DNA from: Patescibacteria group bacterium | GTDB lineage: Bacteria; Patescibacteriota; Patescibacteriia; Patescibacteriales; UBA12465 | DNA length: 64,000 nucleotides | Assembly: GCA_034002925.1 (NCBI GenBank) | Contig: JAVEZP010000001.1 | Span: 711 to 64,710 of the forward strand | Direction: 5' to 3' | In this document: one piece after another, positions 18,781 through 31,179 of the stretch | Numbering within the stretch: position 1 is the stretch's first letter | Layout of the letters: each line of letters opens with the position of its first letter | The notes under the pieces: generated by a model | What the model saw: the letters and a program-made list of their open reading frames with translations, nothing else | The model's database searches: none | What the model was told of the DNA's origin: nothing | Position numbers and translations under genes: made by a program

Positions 18781-19560
18781 ATGACTATTTTTCAAGCTTT
18801 AATTTTAGGAGTAGTTGAGGGTATTAGTGAATTTTTACCAATCTCTTCTACTGCCCACCTAATTATTAGCGCTAAAATTTTACAGATTCCTAACACTGAC
18901 TTCCTCAGTAGTTTTTTAATATCAATTCAATTGGGCGCGATTCTATCTGTGATTACCCTATACGCTCGTTTAATTTGGCAAAAACCAAAAATTATTCTTA
19001 AATTAGCGAGTGCGTTTTTACCTACAGCTATTATTGGTTTAATGGCCTATAAATTAGTAAAAAACGTCTTATTGGACAATTTAAACACCATCGCCTGGGC
19101 TTTATTATTAGGTGGTATTATTTTAATTATTTTAGAAAAATATTTTGCCAAACATCATAAAAATGAAGATTTTAAAGAGATACAAGACATTAGCCACCGT
19201 CAAGCGGCTTTAATTGGCGTCTTCCAAAGTATTGCCATTATTCCTGGTATTTCTCGTTCAGCTGCTACTATTATGGGCGGCCTATCTTTAGGCATCTCTA
19301 GAAAAAACATTGTAGAGTTTTCTTTTTTATTAGCCCTGCCCACGATGGCAGCAGCCACTGCTTTAGATTTATATAAAAATCCTCCTATTTTAGAAACATC
19401 CACTATTTATGTTTGGCTACTTGGCTTAATAAGCGCCTTTATTGTCGCCATTTTAGGAATTAGATTTTTCTTAAAATATATTCAAAGAAATGATTTTCAA
19501 TTATTTGGCTGGTATCGTATTGTTTTAGGCTTAGCTATCCTCTTATATTTATATTTCTAA
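18781..19560 (+). CDS. uppP: Undecaprenyl-diphosphate phosphatase
   Basis: GVVEGISEFLPISSTAHL and PGISRSAATI motifs; 8 TM. Confidence 0.9.
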   Translation: MTIFQALILGVVEGISEFLPISSTAHLIISAKILQIPNTDFLSSFLISIQLGAILSVITLYARLIWQKPKIILKLASAFLPTAIIGLMAYKLVKNVLLDNLNTIAWALLLGGIILIILEKYFAKHHKNEDFKEIQDISHRQAALIGVFQSIAIIPGISRSAATIMGGLSLGISRKNIVEFSFLLALPTMAAATALDLYKNPPILETSTIYVWLLGLISAFIVAILGIRFFLKYIQRNDFQLFGWYRIVLGLAILLYLYF

Positions 19561-19583
19561 TTGTTAACTTCAAATATAATGAC

Positions 19584-19618
19584 AAAAAAATCCGCTTTTA
19601 TGCGGATTTTTGTTTTTT
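19584..19618. terminator. Bidirectional intrinsic terminator (uppP / atpC)
   Basis: AAAAAAATCCGC-ttttat-GCGGATTTTTGTTTTTTT. Confidence 0.8.
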
Positions 19619-19633
19619 TAAACTAGCAATCAA

Positions 19634-20077
19634 TTAATTCTTTATAGACTTGAGACGACGCCATTTATGTACAGCCCTTTCTCTGGCTAATTCTACCTCC
19701 AAGCGCAAAGCCACGGCTGATAAATCATAATTATCTTTCTTTTCTGCTTCAATTTTAGCTTTTTCTGCTTTTTCTCTAGCGGCTACTACCACTGATTCAT
19801 CTAAATTTTGTGCTTGTTCGGCGCTATCGGCTAAAATCACAATTTTATCTCTTAAAACTTCAATAAAACCACCCGCTACCGCAATAATTTCAAGCTCACC
19901 ATCTAGTTTTTTTAATTCCAAAACGCCTGGTTTTAAAATAGAAACTAACGGAATATGTTCAGGTAAAACAGTAATTTCACCATCTAGAGTTGGCACAGTT
20001 GCTTGAAGAACTTGTTGTTTAGAAACAACTTTTTCCGGAGTAACAATTTCAAATTTTATGTTCTTTTTTTCTGACAT
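19634..20077 (-). CDS. atpC: F1 ATP synthase epsilon subunit
   Basis: Position after atpD; beta-sandwich plus helical hairpin pattern. Confidence 0.85.
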   Translation of the reverse strand: MSEKKNIKFEIVTPEKVVSKQQVLQATVPTLDGEITVLPEHIPLVSILKPGVLELKKLDGELEIIAVAGGFIEVLRDKIVILADSAEQAQNLDESVVVAAREKAEKAKIEAEKKDNYDLSAVALRLEVELARERAVHKWRRLKSIKN

Positions 20078-20085
20078 AATAATTA

Positions 20086-21489
<1,404 letters not shown>

Positions 21490-21499
21490 TTATTAAAAT

Positions 21500-22447
21500 T
21501 TAATCGAGTAAAGCATTGGCGCCAGCGCTAATTTCCGCAATTTCTGCGGTAATACCAGCTTGACGAGCTTTGTTATAGAATAAAGTAAGTTCACGTACCA
21601 TATCATTAGCTGCTTCAGTCGCCTGATGCATAGCGCTCATACGGGCACTATGTTCAGATGCGTTAGCCTCTAATAAAGCTTGAAATATTTGGACTTCTAA
21701 TAAACGGGGAATCATTTTTTCTAACACCTCTTCTGGACTTGGTTCAAAAATAAAATCAAAACCAGCTTGAGCAGAAAGATGTTTTTGTTTTTTCTCAGCC
21801 AACATTTCTTTGCTGACACTAACTTTAGGATCACCAACAATACCCAAATACTCATCTTCTGTATCAATATCTATAGGTAATAATTGCTTAACTCTCGGCA
21901 CTTGCTTCACTGGACTAACAAAGTCGGTATAGGCTACTAAAACTTTATCATATTTACCAGCTAAAAAATCTGACATGGCCATTTTTACAATTGGTCGCGC
22001 TTCAGAGATATCACTAATTTCATCATTTTTAGGAAATTCAGCCGCTACCGGATATTTTTGTCCATAAACAGTTGCTCCTTTTTTTCCGATTAAAATAAAC
22101 TCAACTGGAGTCTCAGCGTGTTTTTTAATCGAATCTTTAACTTTATTAATAATAGCAGAATTATAACCACCACACATGCCACGATTAGAAGTAATCAAAA
22201 TAATTGCTACTTTTTTAACTTGAGCTCTTTTTTGTAGAAAAGGATGAAAAATCGTACTCTTGCCATGAATCATGGCTGCTAAATGCAGTACTGTTTCCCA
22301 GCTCAAATTAGCATAAGTACGAGTACCTAAAACCGCCTCCACTGCTTTTCTCATTTTAGCAGCAGCCACCATTTCCATCGCTCTAGTAATTTTTTTAGTA
22401 TTACTGATTGATTTTATTCTACGTGATATTTCTTTAGTCTTGGCCAT
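21500..22447 (-). CDS. atpG: F1 ATP synthase gamma subunit
   Basis: N-terminus RRIKSISNTKKITRAMEMVAAAKMRKA; C-terminus ITAEIAEISAGANAL. Confidence 0.93.
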   Translation of the reverse strand: MAKTKEISRRIKSISNTKKITRAMEMVAAAKMRKAVEAVLGTRTYANLSWETVLHLAAMIHGKSTIFHPFLQKRAQVKKVAIILITSNRGMCGGYNSAIINKVKDSIKKHAETPVEFILIGKKGATVYGQKYPVAAEFPKNDEISDISEARPIVKMAMSDFLAGKYDKVLVAYTDFVSPVKQVPRVKQLLPIDIDTEDEYLGIVGDPKVSVSKEMLAEKKQKHLSAQAGFDFIFEPSPEEVLEKMIPRLLEVQIFQALLEANASEHSARMSAMHQATEAANDMVRELTLFYNKARQAGITAEIAEISAGANALLD

Positions 22448-22465
22448 AGTTAAAAATACTAGACT

Positions 22466-23989
22466 TTACTTAATTAAATATTCTAAACCAGATTTATATT
22501 CTTCTAGTAAAGTTTTAATTTTTTCTTCAACCACTTCGTTTAATTCTGGTTGATCGCTTAAAGCTTTGCTAACGTCGGTATTTAATTCCATTTGTTTATA
22601 CAAAGCACTTTCAAATTCTTTAATTTTATCAACTGGAACATCATCAAGAAAACCATTAATTAAAGCGTAATAAATAACTACTTGCTTATCAACTGATAGA
22701 GGTTGATACTGATCTTGTTTAAAGACCTCATACAATCTTTTACCTCTTTCTAATTTACGACTAGTTTCTTCATCTAAATCAGAACCAAATTGGGCAAAAG
22801 CAGCTAATTCTCTAAATTGAGCCGCTTCTAAACGCATTTTACCAGCTACTTTTTTCATAGCTTTAGTTTGAGCAGAAGACCCAACGCGAGATACTGACAA
22901 ACCAGCATTTACCGCTGGACGATTTCCCTTATAGAACAACTCCGGTTCTAAGAAAATTTGACCATCGGTAATAGAAATAACATTAGTAGGGATATAAGCA
23001 GAAATATCACCCGCTTGGGTTTCAATAATCGGTAAAGCGGTAATAGAGCCGCCACCATTTTCCTTATTCAACTTACAAGCTCTTTCTAATAAACGAGAAT
23101 GTAAATAGAAAACATCACCTGGAAAAGCTTCGCGTCCCGGTGGGCGACGTAATAATAAAGAGATTTCACGATAAGCAACAGCGTGTTTAGACAAATCATC
23201 ATAAACGATTAATACATCCTCACCCTTATCTAAAAAGTATTCAGCAATAGCCGTACCAGCATAAGGAGCAATATAGAGTAAGGAAGCAGGAGCAGAAGCA
23301 CCAGCTAAAACAATAGTAGTGTATTCCATAGCACCCGCTGCTTCTAACTTACGCACGATTTCAGCCACTTTTGATTCTTTTTGACCAATAGCCACATACA
23401 CACATTTCATGTTTTGGCCTTTTTGATTGATAATGGCATCAATTGCAATCGCAGTTTTACCAATTTGACGATCACCAATAATAAGTTCACGTTGACCACG
23501 ACCAATTGGAATCATCGCATCAATTGCTTTAATACCAGTCTGCACTGGTTGATTAACTGAAGCGCGAGTAATAACACCAGGGGCAATTTTTTCCACTGGA
23601 TAGAATACTTGGCTTTCAATATTAGCTTTACCATCCATTGACTCACCTAAAGGATTAACTACTCTGCCAACTAAAGACTCTCCTACCGGTACGCTTAAAA
23701 TGCGCTTAGTGCAAACCACTTCATCACCTTCTTTAATACTACCGAAATCTCCCAAAATAATAGCGCCAACTAAGTTTTCTTCTAAATTCAAAGCTACTCC
23801 AGCCACTTCTCCATGTTCAGATTTAAATAAAAGGATTTCGCTCATCATAGCTTCAGTTAAACCTGAAACCAAAGCGATGCCGTCAGAAATTTTCAGCACT
23901 TGGCCAACACTACTCTCTTCAATAGAAGCCTTAAAATCAGAGATTTGGCGTTTAAGCTGTTCGACGATAAAATCTTTAGTACTAGACAT
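22466..23989 (-). CDS. atpA: F1 ATP synthase alpha subunit
   Basis: Walker A GDRQIGKT; full-length. Confidence 0.97.
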   Translation of the reverse strand: MSSTKDFIVEQLKRQISDFKASIEESSVGQVLKISDGIALVSGLTEAMMSEILLFKSEHGEVAGVALNLEENLVGAIILGDFGSIKEGDEVVCTKRILSVPVGESLVGRVVNPLGESMDGKANIESQVFYPVEKIAPGVITRASVNQPVQTGIKAIDAMIPIGRGQRELIIGDRQIGKTAIAIDAIINQKGQNMKCVYVAIGQKESKVAEIVRKLEAAGAMEYTTIVLAGASAPASLLYIAPYAGTAIAEYFLDKGEDVLIVYDDLSKHAVAYREISLLLRRPPGREAFPGDVFYLHSRLLERACKLNKENGGGSITALPIIETQAGDISAYIPTNVISITDGQIFLEPELFYKGNRPAVNAGLSVSRVGSSAQTKAMKKVAGKMRLEAAQFRELAAFAQFGSDLDEETSRKLERGKRLYEVFKQDQYQPLSVDKQVVIYYALINGFLDDVPVDKIKEFESALYKQMELNTDVSKALSDQPELNEVVEEKIKTLLEEYKSGLEYLIK

Positions 23990-23995
23990 ATTTAT

Positions 23996-24400
23996 TTATT
24001 TAATTAAAAGCTGTTTTTTAAATTTGCGTAAATTATTTTTTAAACTACCATCAAGAACAAAGCCTTGATAACGTAAAACAAAGCCACCTAAAAGAGATTT
24101 ATCTACTTTTTCTGTCCAATTAATTTTATTAGCTCCTAGTTTATTTTCTAAATAAGTAGCAATCGTTTTTTTACTATCAGCCGATAGCGCGTAAGCAGAA
24201 CTAAGCTCAGCACTTAATTCCCCTTTATCTTGTTCTAGCAACATCGCTAATTCATGAATAATTTTATCACCCTGAGCTAAATCATGGCGATCTTGTAGCA
24301 AACTAACGAAACGCTTAATCACTAGCTCCGTCTTTTCTGGAGATAGTTTAGATGTTAATTCAAACAGACTACGAGCGTATTGTTTAGCACTTACTTTCAT
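23996..24400 (-). CDS. atpH: ATP synthase delta (OSCP) subunit, short form
   Basis: Operon position between atpF and atpA. C-terminus GGFVLRYQGFVLDGSLKNNL is typical of OSCP. Only 134 aa. Confidence 0.75.
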   Translation of the reverse strand: MKVSAKQYARSLFELTSKLSPEKTELVIKRFVSLLQDRHDLAQGDKIIHELAMLLEQDKGELSAELSSAYALSADSKKTIATYLENKLGANKINWTEKVDKSLLGGFVLRYQGFVLDGSLKNNLRKFKKQLLIK

Positions 24401-24402
24401 AA

Positions 24403-24906
24403 TTAAGCTTTATCTTTTAAATTAGCAACAATCTTTTCAATGACAGCTTGATCTTTTTGAGGGTCAAGTTGTTCCTCTAAAAATTTCTTCAAAGCGGCCA
24501 TTACTAAAGCAGAAACTTCAGATTTTAATTGCTCTAAAGAATTAGCTTTTTCTGACACCAGCTTAGCTCTTTCTTTTTCCATAATCACGCTAATTTCTGA
24601 TTCAGCTTTAGCAATAATTTCTTGTTGCTTAGTTTCTGCTTTGACTTGAGCCTCTTCTAAAACTCTATTTGCTTCTTGTCGCGCTTCTAGAATAATTTGC
24701 TTTCTTTCTTCTTCAGCTTCTTTTAATTTAATTCCTGCCTGTTCAGCATCATCTAAGCTCTTATGCACCTTTTTTTGTCTTTCCTCTAAAATCTTAAATA
24801 CCGGCTTATAGGCATAGCGCCATAAAACCCACATCAAAACTGCGAAGTTAATAAATTGTGCTAATAAGATTCGGCCGTCGATGCCGAGAGCTTTAATCAA
24901 ACCCAT
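24403..24906 (-). CDS. atpF: Fo ATP synthase b subunit
   Basis: Single N-terminal TM, then a long charged coiled coil. Confidence 0.85.
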   Translation of the reverse strand: MGLIKALGIDGRILLAQFINFAVLMWVLWRYAYKPVFKILEERQKKVHKSLDDAEQAGIKLKEAEEERKQIILEARQEANRVLEEAQVKAETKQQEIIAKAESEISVIMEKERAKLVSEKANSLEQLKSEVSALVMAALKKFLEEQLDPQKDQAVIEKIVANLKDKA

Positions 24907-24926
24907 ATAAAAAGCTAGTTAAAATA

Positions 24927-24966
24927 CAAAGCAATCCGCCGTAAAAATGACGGCGGACAGGCTTTG
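24927..24966 (-). promoter_or_regulatory. Strong intercistronic stem-loop between atpE and atpF
   Basis: CAAAGC-aa-TCCGCCGT-aaaaatg-ACGGCGGA-cag-GCTTTG. On the minus strand it is followed by TATTTT. Confidence 0.5.
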
Positions 24967-24970
24967 TCTT

Positions 24971-25213
<243 letters not shown>

Positions 25214-25247
25214 TTATAAATTTTTTATTATTTTAATATTGATTTAA

Positions 25248-25991
25248 TTAAGCCTGAGCCTCCTCAGTCGCAGTTGAAGCCATGGAAATAAATACTAGCG
25301 TTAAAACAGCAAATACGAAAGGCTGCACTACTGCAGTTAATAATCCTAAAAAAGCAAAAGGTAGAGGTAAAAAGAAAGGAGCCAAAAATAACATCACAGC
25401 TGTTAACACTTCTCCAGCAAACATATTACCAAAGAGACGGAAAGATAAAGACATGACTTTAGCTAATTCACCGATTAAATCCATAATACCAAGAAAAAAA
25501 CCTAAAGGACTTTTAAAATTAAGAAATCGCCCAATATAACCTAGAGGACCCGCTACTGCGATGGCTACAATTTGCGTAATCAAAACAGAAATCATAGTCA
25601 TCATAAAAACTAAACCATAATCAGCGATAATAGAACGAAATAAAGGCGCAATACCGTCAGCCGTCTGAATAGTAACAGCTGATTGGCCAGGAATAAAAGT
25701 CAGAAGATTACAAATTAATACAAAAAAGAACATGGTAAACACTAAAGGAAAAACTCTTTTAGTTTTTTTCTTGTCACCAACTGTTTCTTCTACAAAACCA
25801 TAAGCACCTTCTAGCAACATTTCCATAAAACTCTGAATGCCACCAGGACGCATCTTTAAATTACGATAAAACAAAAAAGTTAAAATAATCAAAAGCACTG
25901 ACACAATCATGAGCCAAAAAAAAGAATTAGAAATAGGAAGAGTGCCGATGTGAAACAAGGTCTCAGGGGCGAGTGATATATTCAAACCCAT
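25248..25991 (-). CDS. atpB: Fo ATP synthase a subunit
   Basis: SLSFRLFGNMFAGE (essential Arg motif). Confidence 0.93.
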   Translation of the reverse strand: MGLNISLAPETLFHIGTLPISNSFFWLMIVSVLLIILTFLFYRNLKMRPGGIQSFMEMLLEGAYGFVEETVGDKKKTKRVFPLVFTMFFFVLICNLLTFIPGQSAVTIQTADGIAPLFRSIIADYGLVFMMTMISVLITQIVAIAVAGPLGYIGRFLNFKSPLGFFLGIMDLIGELAKVMSLSFRLFGNMFAGEVLTAVMLFLAPFFLPLPFAFLGLLTAVVQPFVFAVLTLVFISMASTATEEAQA

Positions 25992-25996
25992 AGTAA

Positions 25997-26299
25997 TTAA
26001 GATTTAACTTGATCTGAAAAGCTTTCTTTTTCATTAATGTTAAGCGATTCAGTTTTTTGCTCTACTTTTGGAAATTTAGTAGCAATTAAATGATTAATCT
26101 GTGCAATTTTTTTATATAATAAAATGTTAGTAGTAATAAAGGCGATAAACACAGCTACTAACATTATCACTGGTCTAGTGCCCAGCCAAGTATCAATAAA
26201 ATAAGCTGGCACTCCTAAAATCAATAAAGGCCCCAAGATTGAAGAGAGGCTATAGGCGGCTGCCGAAACAGCAATTTGTCTTAAATCTCTCTTTTCCAT
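25997..26299 (-). CDS. Small 2-TM protein at the head of the atp operon (AtpZ/AtpI-like)
   Basis: Position and two hydrophobic helices; weak family assignment. Confidence 0.5.
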   Translation of the reverse strand: MEKRDLRQIAVSAAAYSLSSILGPLLILGVPAYFIDTWLGTRPVIMLVAVFIAFITTNILLYKKIAQINHLIATKFPKVEQKTESLNINEKESFSDQVKS

Positions 26300-26420
26300 A
26301 GGCTTATATTAAATAAAAAAAATTGATAAATAATTATCACTTGCACAGGCTACAAAAACACTTGTTATATACACCTGTTTCTAAAAAAAGTCAAGAATGG
26401 CAAAAATCAAAAACCAGATT

Positions 26421-27272
26421 TTAAACTTTAAAAAATCTCTTCGCTGTGTCAGAGGTCGCCTGAGCAATATTATCCAAACTAGTATTACGTATTTCTGCAA
26501 TTCTGGCGGCTACATATTGCACCAAAATTGGTTCGTTACGTTGTCCTCGATAAGGCTCCGGCGTCATATAAGGTGAATCAGTTTCAATCATAAATTTGTC
26601 TAAAGGAATCTTGCGCAACACATCATCCCATTGCTTACTAAAAGTGACCAAACCTGTAAAAGATACAATTAAGCCTAAAGAAAAATACTTCCAAGCTAAA
26701 TCTTCATCTCCAGAAAAACAATGTAAAACTCCCCACGGTCTATTGTTAGGAATAAAATCAGAATAAACCTTACGAAAATCCTGCAAAATACCTAACAAAT
26801 CATCATGAGCCTGTCGACAATGAATAATGACTGGTAAATCTAAATTACGTGCCAATAATAATTGTTTTAAAAACACTTCTTGTTGTTTTCTTTTGGCTAA
26901 ACTAATATCTTTAGTTGGGTCCAAATGATAATAATCTAAACCAATTTCACCGATAGCTACCACCTTCTCAAACTTAGCCAATTTTTCATAGCTATCATAA
27001 TTAAATTCTTCAGCTCTAGTTACAAACTTGTAATCACCATTTTCATCTTTGTTTTCTACTACCTGTTCTTCTAAATGGACGGGATGTAGGCCAACAGCGG
27101 CATAAACTCCCTTTTCATATTTATTAGCATGTGTTAAAGCGCGATTAGATGTTTTATATTCTGAACCCACTAGTACCATCCAAGTCTCAGCATCTAAAGA
27201 GCGCCGAATTACTTCATCGGCGTCATCTTTAAAATCTTTAAAATTCACATGCGCATGTGTATCAAAAAACAT
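26421..27272 (-). CDS. tatD: TatD-family metal-dependent hydrolase/DNase
   Basis: MFFDTHAHVNF, GEIGLDY, VIIHCR, ETDSPYMTP. Confidence 0.88.
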   Translation of the reverse strand: MFFDTHAHVNFKDFKDDADEVIRRSLDAETWMVLVGSEYKTSNRALTHANKYEKGVYAAVGLHPVHLEEQVVENKDENGDYKFVTRAEEFNYDSYEKLAKFEKVVAIGEIGLDYYHLDPTKDISLAKRKQQEVFLKQLLLARNLDLPVIIHCRQAHDDLLGILQDFRKVYSDFIPNNRPWGVLHCFSGDEDLAWKYFSLGLIVSFTGLVTFSKQWDDVLRKIPLDKFMIETDSPYMTPEPYRGQRNEPILVQYVAARIAEIRNTSLDNIAQATSDTAKRFFKV

Positions 27273-27285
27273 GTAATTATAACGA

Positions 27286-27314
27286 CAAAAAAACGCATGA
27301 AAAGCGTTTTTTTG
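27286..27314. terminator. Intrinsic terminator ending the dnaK operon
   Basis: AAAAAAACGC-atgaaaa-GCGTTTTTTTG. Confidence 0.75.
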
Positions 27315-27328
27315 TTGGTTTTATCTTT

Positions 27329-27529
27329 TTATAATTCGGTTTTTTCTTCTGTGCTCTCCTGAGCGCTAGACTCTGTATTAACGGACGGAACAACAGTCTC
27401 CATATTAGTGTCGACGGCTGGAGCAGGATTGGTATTAAGTTCTACTTGGCTTTCCTCCTTTTTTTGGCAACAATCAGATTTGAGACCAAAGAGTTTTTTA
27501 AACCAACCAAAACAACGACAATTACACAT
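27329..27529 (-). CDS. Small Cys-rich hypothetical protein (66 aa from the internal Met)
   Basis: MCNCRCFGWFKKLFGLKSDCCQKKEE followed by an acidic, low-complexity tail. Last ORF before the operon terminator. Confidence 0.3.
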   Translation of the reverse strand: MCNCRCFGWFKKLFGLKSDCCQKKEESQVELNTNPAPAVDTNMETVVPSVNTESSAQESTEEKTEL

Positions 27530-27594
27530 AAGTTTAATGTTTATTATTTTCTTATACTTTAATACTAGCAAAAATTAGAAAATAAGTCAAAAAA

Positions 27595-28665
27595 TTATAA
27601 ATCTAAATCCTCTAATAACTTTTTATCTTTTTTGCTAATATTAGTAGGAATAATTACTTTAATCTGCACAAAATGATCACCCTGACCACGACCATGCAAA
27701 CGAGGCGCTCCTTTGTCTTTTAAACGAAAAGTTGTGTGTGATTGTGTGCCAGCTGGAATTTTTAAACTAACATCACCAAAAGCAGTAGCTATTTTAATTT
27801 TAGTGCCTAGGATTGCTTCTTTAACTGTAATGGTCGCCTGAGAATGAATATCATCGCCTTCTCTATGTAACGAAGGGTGGCTCGCTACTTGGACACGTAA
27901 AAATAAATCTCCTGCCGGAGCTGATCGCTCACCGGCATCTCCATAATTGGCTAAGCGAATACTTTCATTATTTTTAATACCAGCTGGAATTTTTACTTTA
28001 ATCTTTTCTGTTTTTCGTTCTCGACCCTGTCCCTGACAATGAGGACAGGGATGACTAGCCTTCTTACCCTCTCCCTGACAATCAGGACATAGACTTTGCG
28101 TTTGGACCGCCCCTAAAATAGTTCTCTGAATTCTACTAATATGACCCGTGCCATTACAAGTAGTACAAGTTTCTATTTTAGCATCAGCAGCATGACCACT
28201 GCCCTGACAATGCTTACAAACCGCTAAATGAGGAAAGCTAATTTCTTTCTCTGCACCTAAAATTGATTCTAAAAAATCTATTTTTATAATCATTTCTAAA
28301 TCACGCCCTCTTTGAGCACGAGTTCTGCGATTAGTATTAGCACCAAAGCCAAAAATATCACCAAAGCCACCAAAAATATCACCTAAATCATCCATATTAA
28401 TATTCATGCCATCAAAACCACCAAAACCTTGTCCGCCAAAACCACCAGCTTGACCATTTTGAAAAGCAGAACCAAATTGATCATACTGTTGTCTTTTGCT
28501 TTGATTGCCTAAAACTTGATATGCTTCATTGATTTCTTTAAATTTAGCCTCATCACCACCTTTATCTGGATGATGCTCATGAGCTTTTTTTCTAAAAGCA
28601 GCTTTAATCTCATCAGCACTAGCTTCTTTTTTGACTCCTAATATATTGTAATAGTCTTTGGACAT
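27595..28665 (-). CDS. dnaJ: Chaperone DnaJ
   Basis: J domain with HPDK, a G/F region, and four CxxCxGxG motifs (CKHCQGSG, CTTCNGTG, CPDCQGEG, CPHCQGQG). Confidence 0.95.
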   Translation of the reverse strand: MSKDYYNILGVKKEASADEIKAAFRKKAHEHHPDKGGDEAKFKEINEAYQVLGNQSKRQQYDQFGSAFQNGQAGGFGGQGFGGFDGMNINMDDLGDIFGGFGDIFGFGANTNRRTRAQRGRDLEMIIKIDFLESILGAEKEISFPHLAVCKHCQGSGHAADAKIETCTTCNGTGHISRIQRTILGAVQTQSLCPDCQGEGKKASHPCPHCQGQGRERKTEKIKVKIPAGIKNNESIRLANYGDAGERSAPAGDLFLRVQVASHPSLHREGDDIHSQATITVKEAILGTKIKIATAFGDVSLKIPAGTQSHTTFRLKDKGAPRLHGRGQGDHFVQIKVIIPTNISKKDKKLLEDLDL

Positions 28666-28741
28666 AATTATTATTAACTACTTAATCCATTTACACCAAT
28701 AGCCCCCACAAATTTGTGAGGGCTACTTCTTTAAATAATTA

Positions 28742-30640
28742 TTATTTAGCATCCTCTACTTCCCCTTCAACGACATTATCTTTATCGTCTTTATTCTGCT
28801 CTTCATTCTGCTTGTCATCGGCAGGAGGATTCTTGTCAGCTGATTGTTGATACATAGCAGAACCAATTTTCTGAGCAACAGCATTAACTGCTTCCATTCC
28901 CTTTTTAATAGCTTCTAAATCATTTTTCTCTTTACTGGCTTTTAATTCAGACAATTTTTCTTCTAATTCTTTTTTATCTTCTGCTTTCATTTTATCACCA
29001 GATTCTTTAATCATCTTTTCGGTAGTGAAAATGACAGCTTCAGCTTGATTAATAGTTTCTACTTGTTCTTTTTTCTTACCATCCTCTTCAGAATGTGCTT
29101 CCGCTTCTTTCTTCATTCTTTCAATCTCTTCTTTGGAAAGGCCTGAAGAGGCAGTAATGGTAATTTTCTGTTGCTTGTTAGTTGCTTTATCAGTCGCGCT
29201 AACATTTAAAATACCATTAGCATCCAAATCAAATTTAACTTCAACTTGAGGAACGCCACGAGGAGCAGAGGGAATACCATCAAGAATAAATCTACCTAAT
29301 GATTTATTATCAGCCGCCATTGGCCTTTCTCCTTGCACGACGTGAATTTCCACACTAGTTTGACCATCAGCTGCAGTAGAAAACACTTGTGACTTCGAAG
29401 TAGGGATAGTTGTATTACGTTCAATTAAAGGCGTGGCTACGCCACCTAAAGTTTCTAAGCCTAAAGTTAAAGGAGTGACATCTAACAAAAGCACATCTTT
29501 TACATCGCCTTGTAGCACACCAGCTTGAACAGCGGCACCAAGAGCTACTACTTCGTCTGGATTAACACTTAAATTAGGTTCTTTGCCAAAAAATTCTTTC
29601 ACTTTCTTTTGCACTAAAGGCATTCTGGTCATTCCTCCAACCATTACAATTTCGTTAATATCAGATAATTGAAAACCGGAGTCAGCTAAAGCTTTTTTGC
29701 AAGGCTCAATAGTTTTGCTAACTAAATCCTCAACTAAAGATTCTAGCTTTGAACGACTTAATTTCATCACCAGGTGTTTGGGGCCATTAGCGTCCGTAGA
29801 AATAAAGGGCTGATTAATTTCACTTTCCATGGCAGTAGATAATTCAATCTTTACTTTTTCAGCTGCCTCCTTAATACGTTGCAAAGCTAAAGTATCTTTT
29901 GATAAATCAATACCTTGTTCTTTTTTAAATTCATCAATAATCCAATCAATAATCCGCTTATCAAAGTCCTCTCCACCCAAATGAGTATCACCATTAGTTG
30001 CTTTTACTTCAACGGTATCAGCCGAAATATCTAAGACAGACACGTCAAAAGTGCCACCACCTAAATCATAGACAACAATTTTTTGTCCTTGTTTTTTATC
30101 AAAACCATAAGCTAAAGCCGCAGCTGTTGGTTCATTAATGATACGCTTCACCTCTAAACCAGCGATTTGACCAGCATCTTTAGTGGCTTGACGCTGAGAG
30201 TCATCAAAATAAGCAGGAACGGTAATAATAGCTTCAGTGATTTTTTCACCGATTTTAGCTTCTGCGTCAGCCTTCATCTTAGCCAAAATCATGGCAGACA
30301 CTTCTTGTGGCGAATACTCCTTATCTCCCATCTTTACTTTTACGCCTTCACCAGCTTGAACAATTTTATAGGGCATCGTGTTTAAATCGCGTTGCACCTC
30401 TTCATCATTAAAATGACGCCCAATTAATCTTTTCACAGCATAAACTGTGTTTTCGGGATTAATGACTGCCTGTCTCTTAGCAGCTGCTCCCACTAAACGT
30501 TCTCCGCTTTTAGAGATAGCGGCGATGGAAGGAGTAGTGCGATTACCCTCTATATTTTCCAAAATCTTCGGTGCACCTCCCTCCATAATGGCCATCGCAG
30601 AGTTAGTGGTACCTAGATCAATTCCTAAAATTTTTCCCAT
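28742..30640 (-). CDS. dnaK: Chaperone DnaK (Hsp70)
   Basis: [17 protein letters not shown]; full-length. Confidence 0.97.
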   Translation of the reverse strand: MGKILGIDLGTTNSAMAIMEGGAPKILENIEGNRTTPSIAAISKSGERLVGAAAKRQAVINPENTVYAVKRLIGRHFNDEEVQRDLNTMPYKIVQAGEGVKVKMGDKEYSPQEVSAMILAKMKADAEAKIGEKITEAIITVPAYFDDSQRQATKDAGQIAGLEVKRIINEPTAAALAYGFDKKQGQKIVVYDLGGGTFDVSVLDISADTVEVKATNGDTHLGGEDFDKRIIDWIIDEFKKEQGIDLSKDTLALQRIKEAAEKVKIELSTAMESEINQPFISTDANGPKHLVMKLSRSKLESLVEDLVSKTIEPCKKALADSGFQLSDINEIVMVGGMTRMPLVQKKVKEFFGKEPNLSVNPDEVVALGAAVQAGVLQGDVKDVLLLDVTPLTLGLETLGGVATPLIERNTTIPTSKSQVFSTAADGQTSVEIHVVQGERPMAADNKSLGRFILDGIPSAPRGVPQVEVKFDLDANGILNVSATDKATNKQQKITITASSGLSKEEIERMKKEAEAHSEEDGKKKEQVETINQAEAVIFTTEKMIKESGDKMKAEDKKELEEKLSELKASKEKNDLEAIKKGMEAVNAVAQKIGSAMYQQSADKNPPADDKQNEEQNKDDKDNVVEGEVEDAK

Positions 30641-30663
30641 ATTTTTAAATTTATTTTATTTAT

Positions 30664-31107
30664 TTATTTTTTCTTATTAGTTTGAATCTTAATATTTTTT
30701 GGCTTAGCTTCCGCCGCTTTAGGAATAGTAATCTTTAAGATTCCTTCATCAGTCACTGCACTGGCTTTATCGCCATCAACTTTAGTAGGTAAAGGAACAG
30801 AACGATAAAATGATCCTCGTCTAATTTCTTTACGATAATAATTTTTTTCTTCTACTTCCGTTTTTCTTTCACTCTCACCCTTTAAACAAAGTACGTCATT
30901 TTCAATAGAAATGCTGACTTTTTCAGGATCAATACCCACCAGTTGAGTTTCGACAATTATATTGTCTTTGTCTTCATACATATCTAAAGCTGGGGTAAAA
31001 CCAAAATGTTGTCCCCGAACAGCCGGTAACATTTCGCCAAACATTTTATCCATGTCGTCTAAGGCGAGGCTGTTATTTAAAAATGGATTCCATTTTATTA
31101 AAGACAT
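30664..31107 (-). CDS. Small heat-shock protein (Hsp20/alpha-crystallin)
   Basis: Alpha-crystallin domain; GILKITIPK. Start moved to MSLIKWNPF (31107). Confidence 0.88.
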   Translation of the reverse strand: MSLIKWNPFLNNSLALDDMDKMFGEMLPAVRGQHFGFTPALDMYEDKDNIIVETQLVGIDPEKVSISIENDVLCLKGESERKTEVEEKNYYRKEIRRGSFYRSVPLPTKVDGDKASAVTDEGILKITIPKAAEAKPKNIKIQTNKKK

Positions 31108-31179
31108 AGATTTATCTTTACTTCTCTCTAAAACTCTTATTTTAATCAAGAGTAGATAAAGAAAAGTTATTAATTAAAA

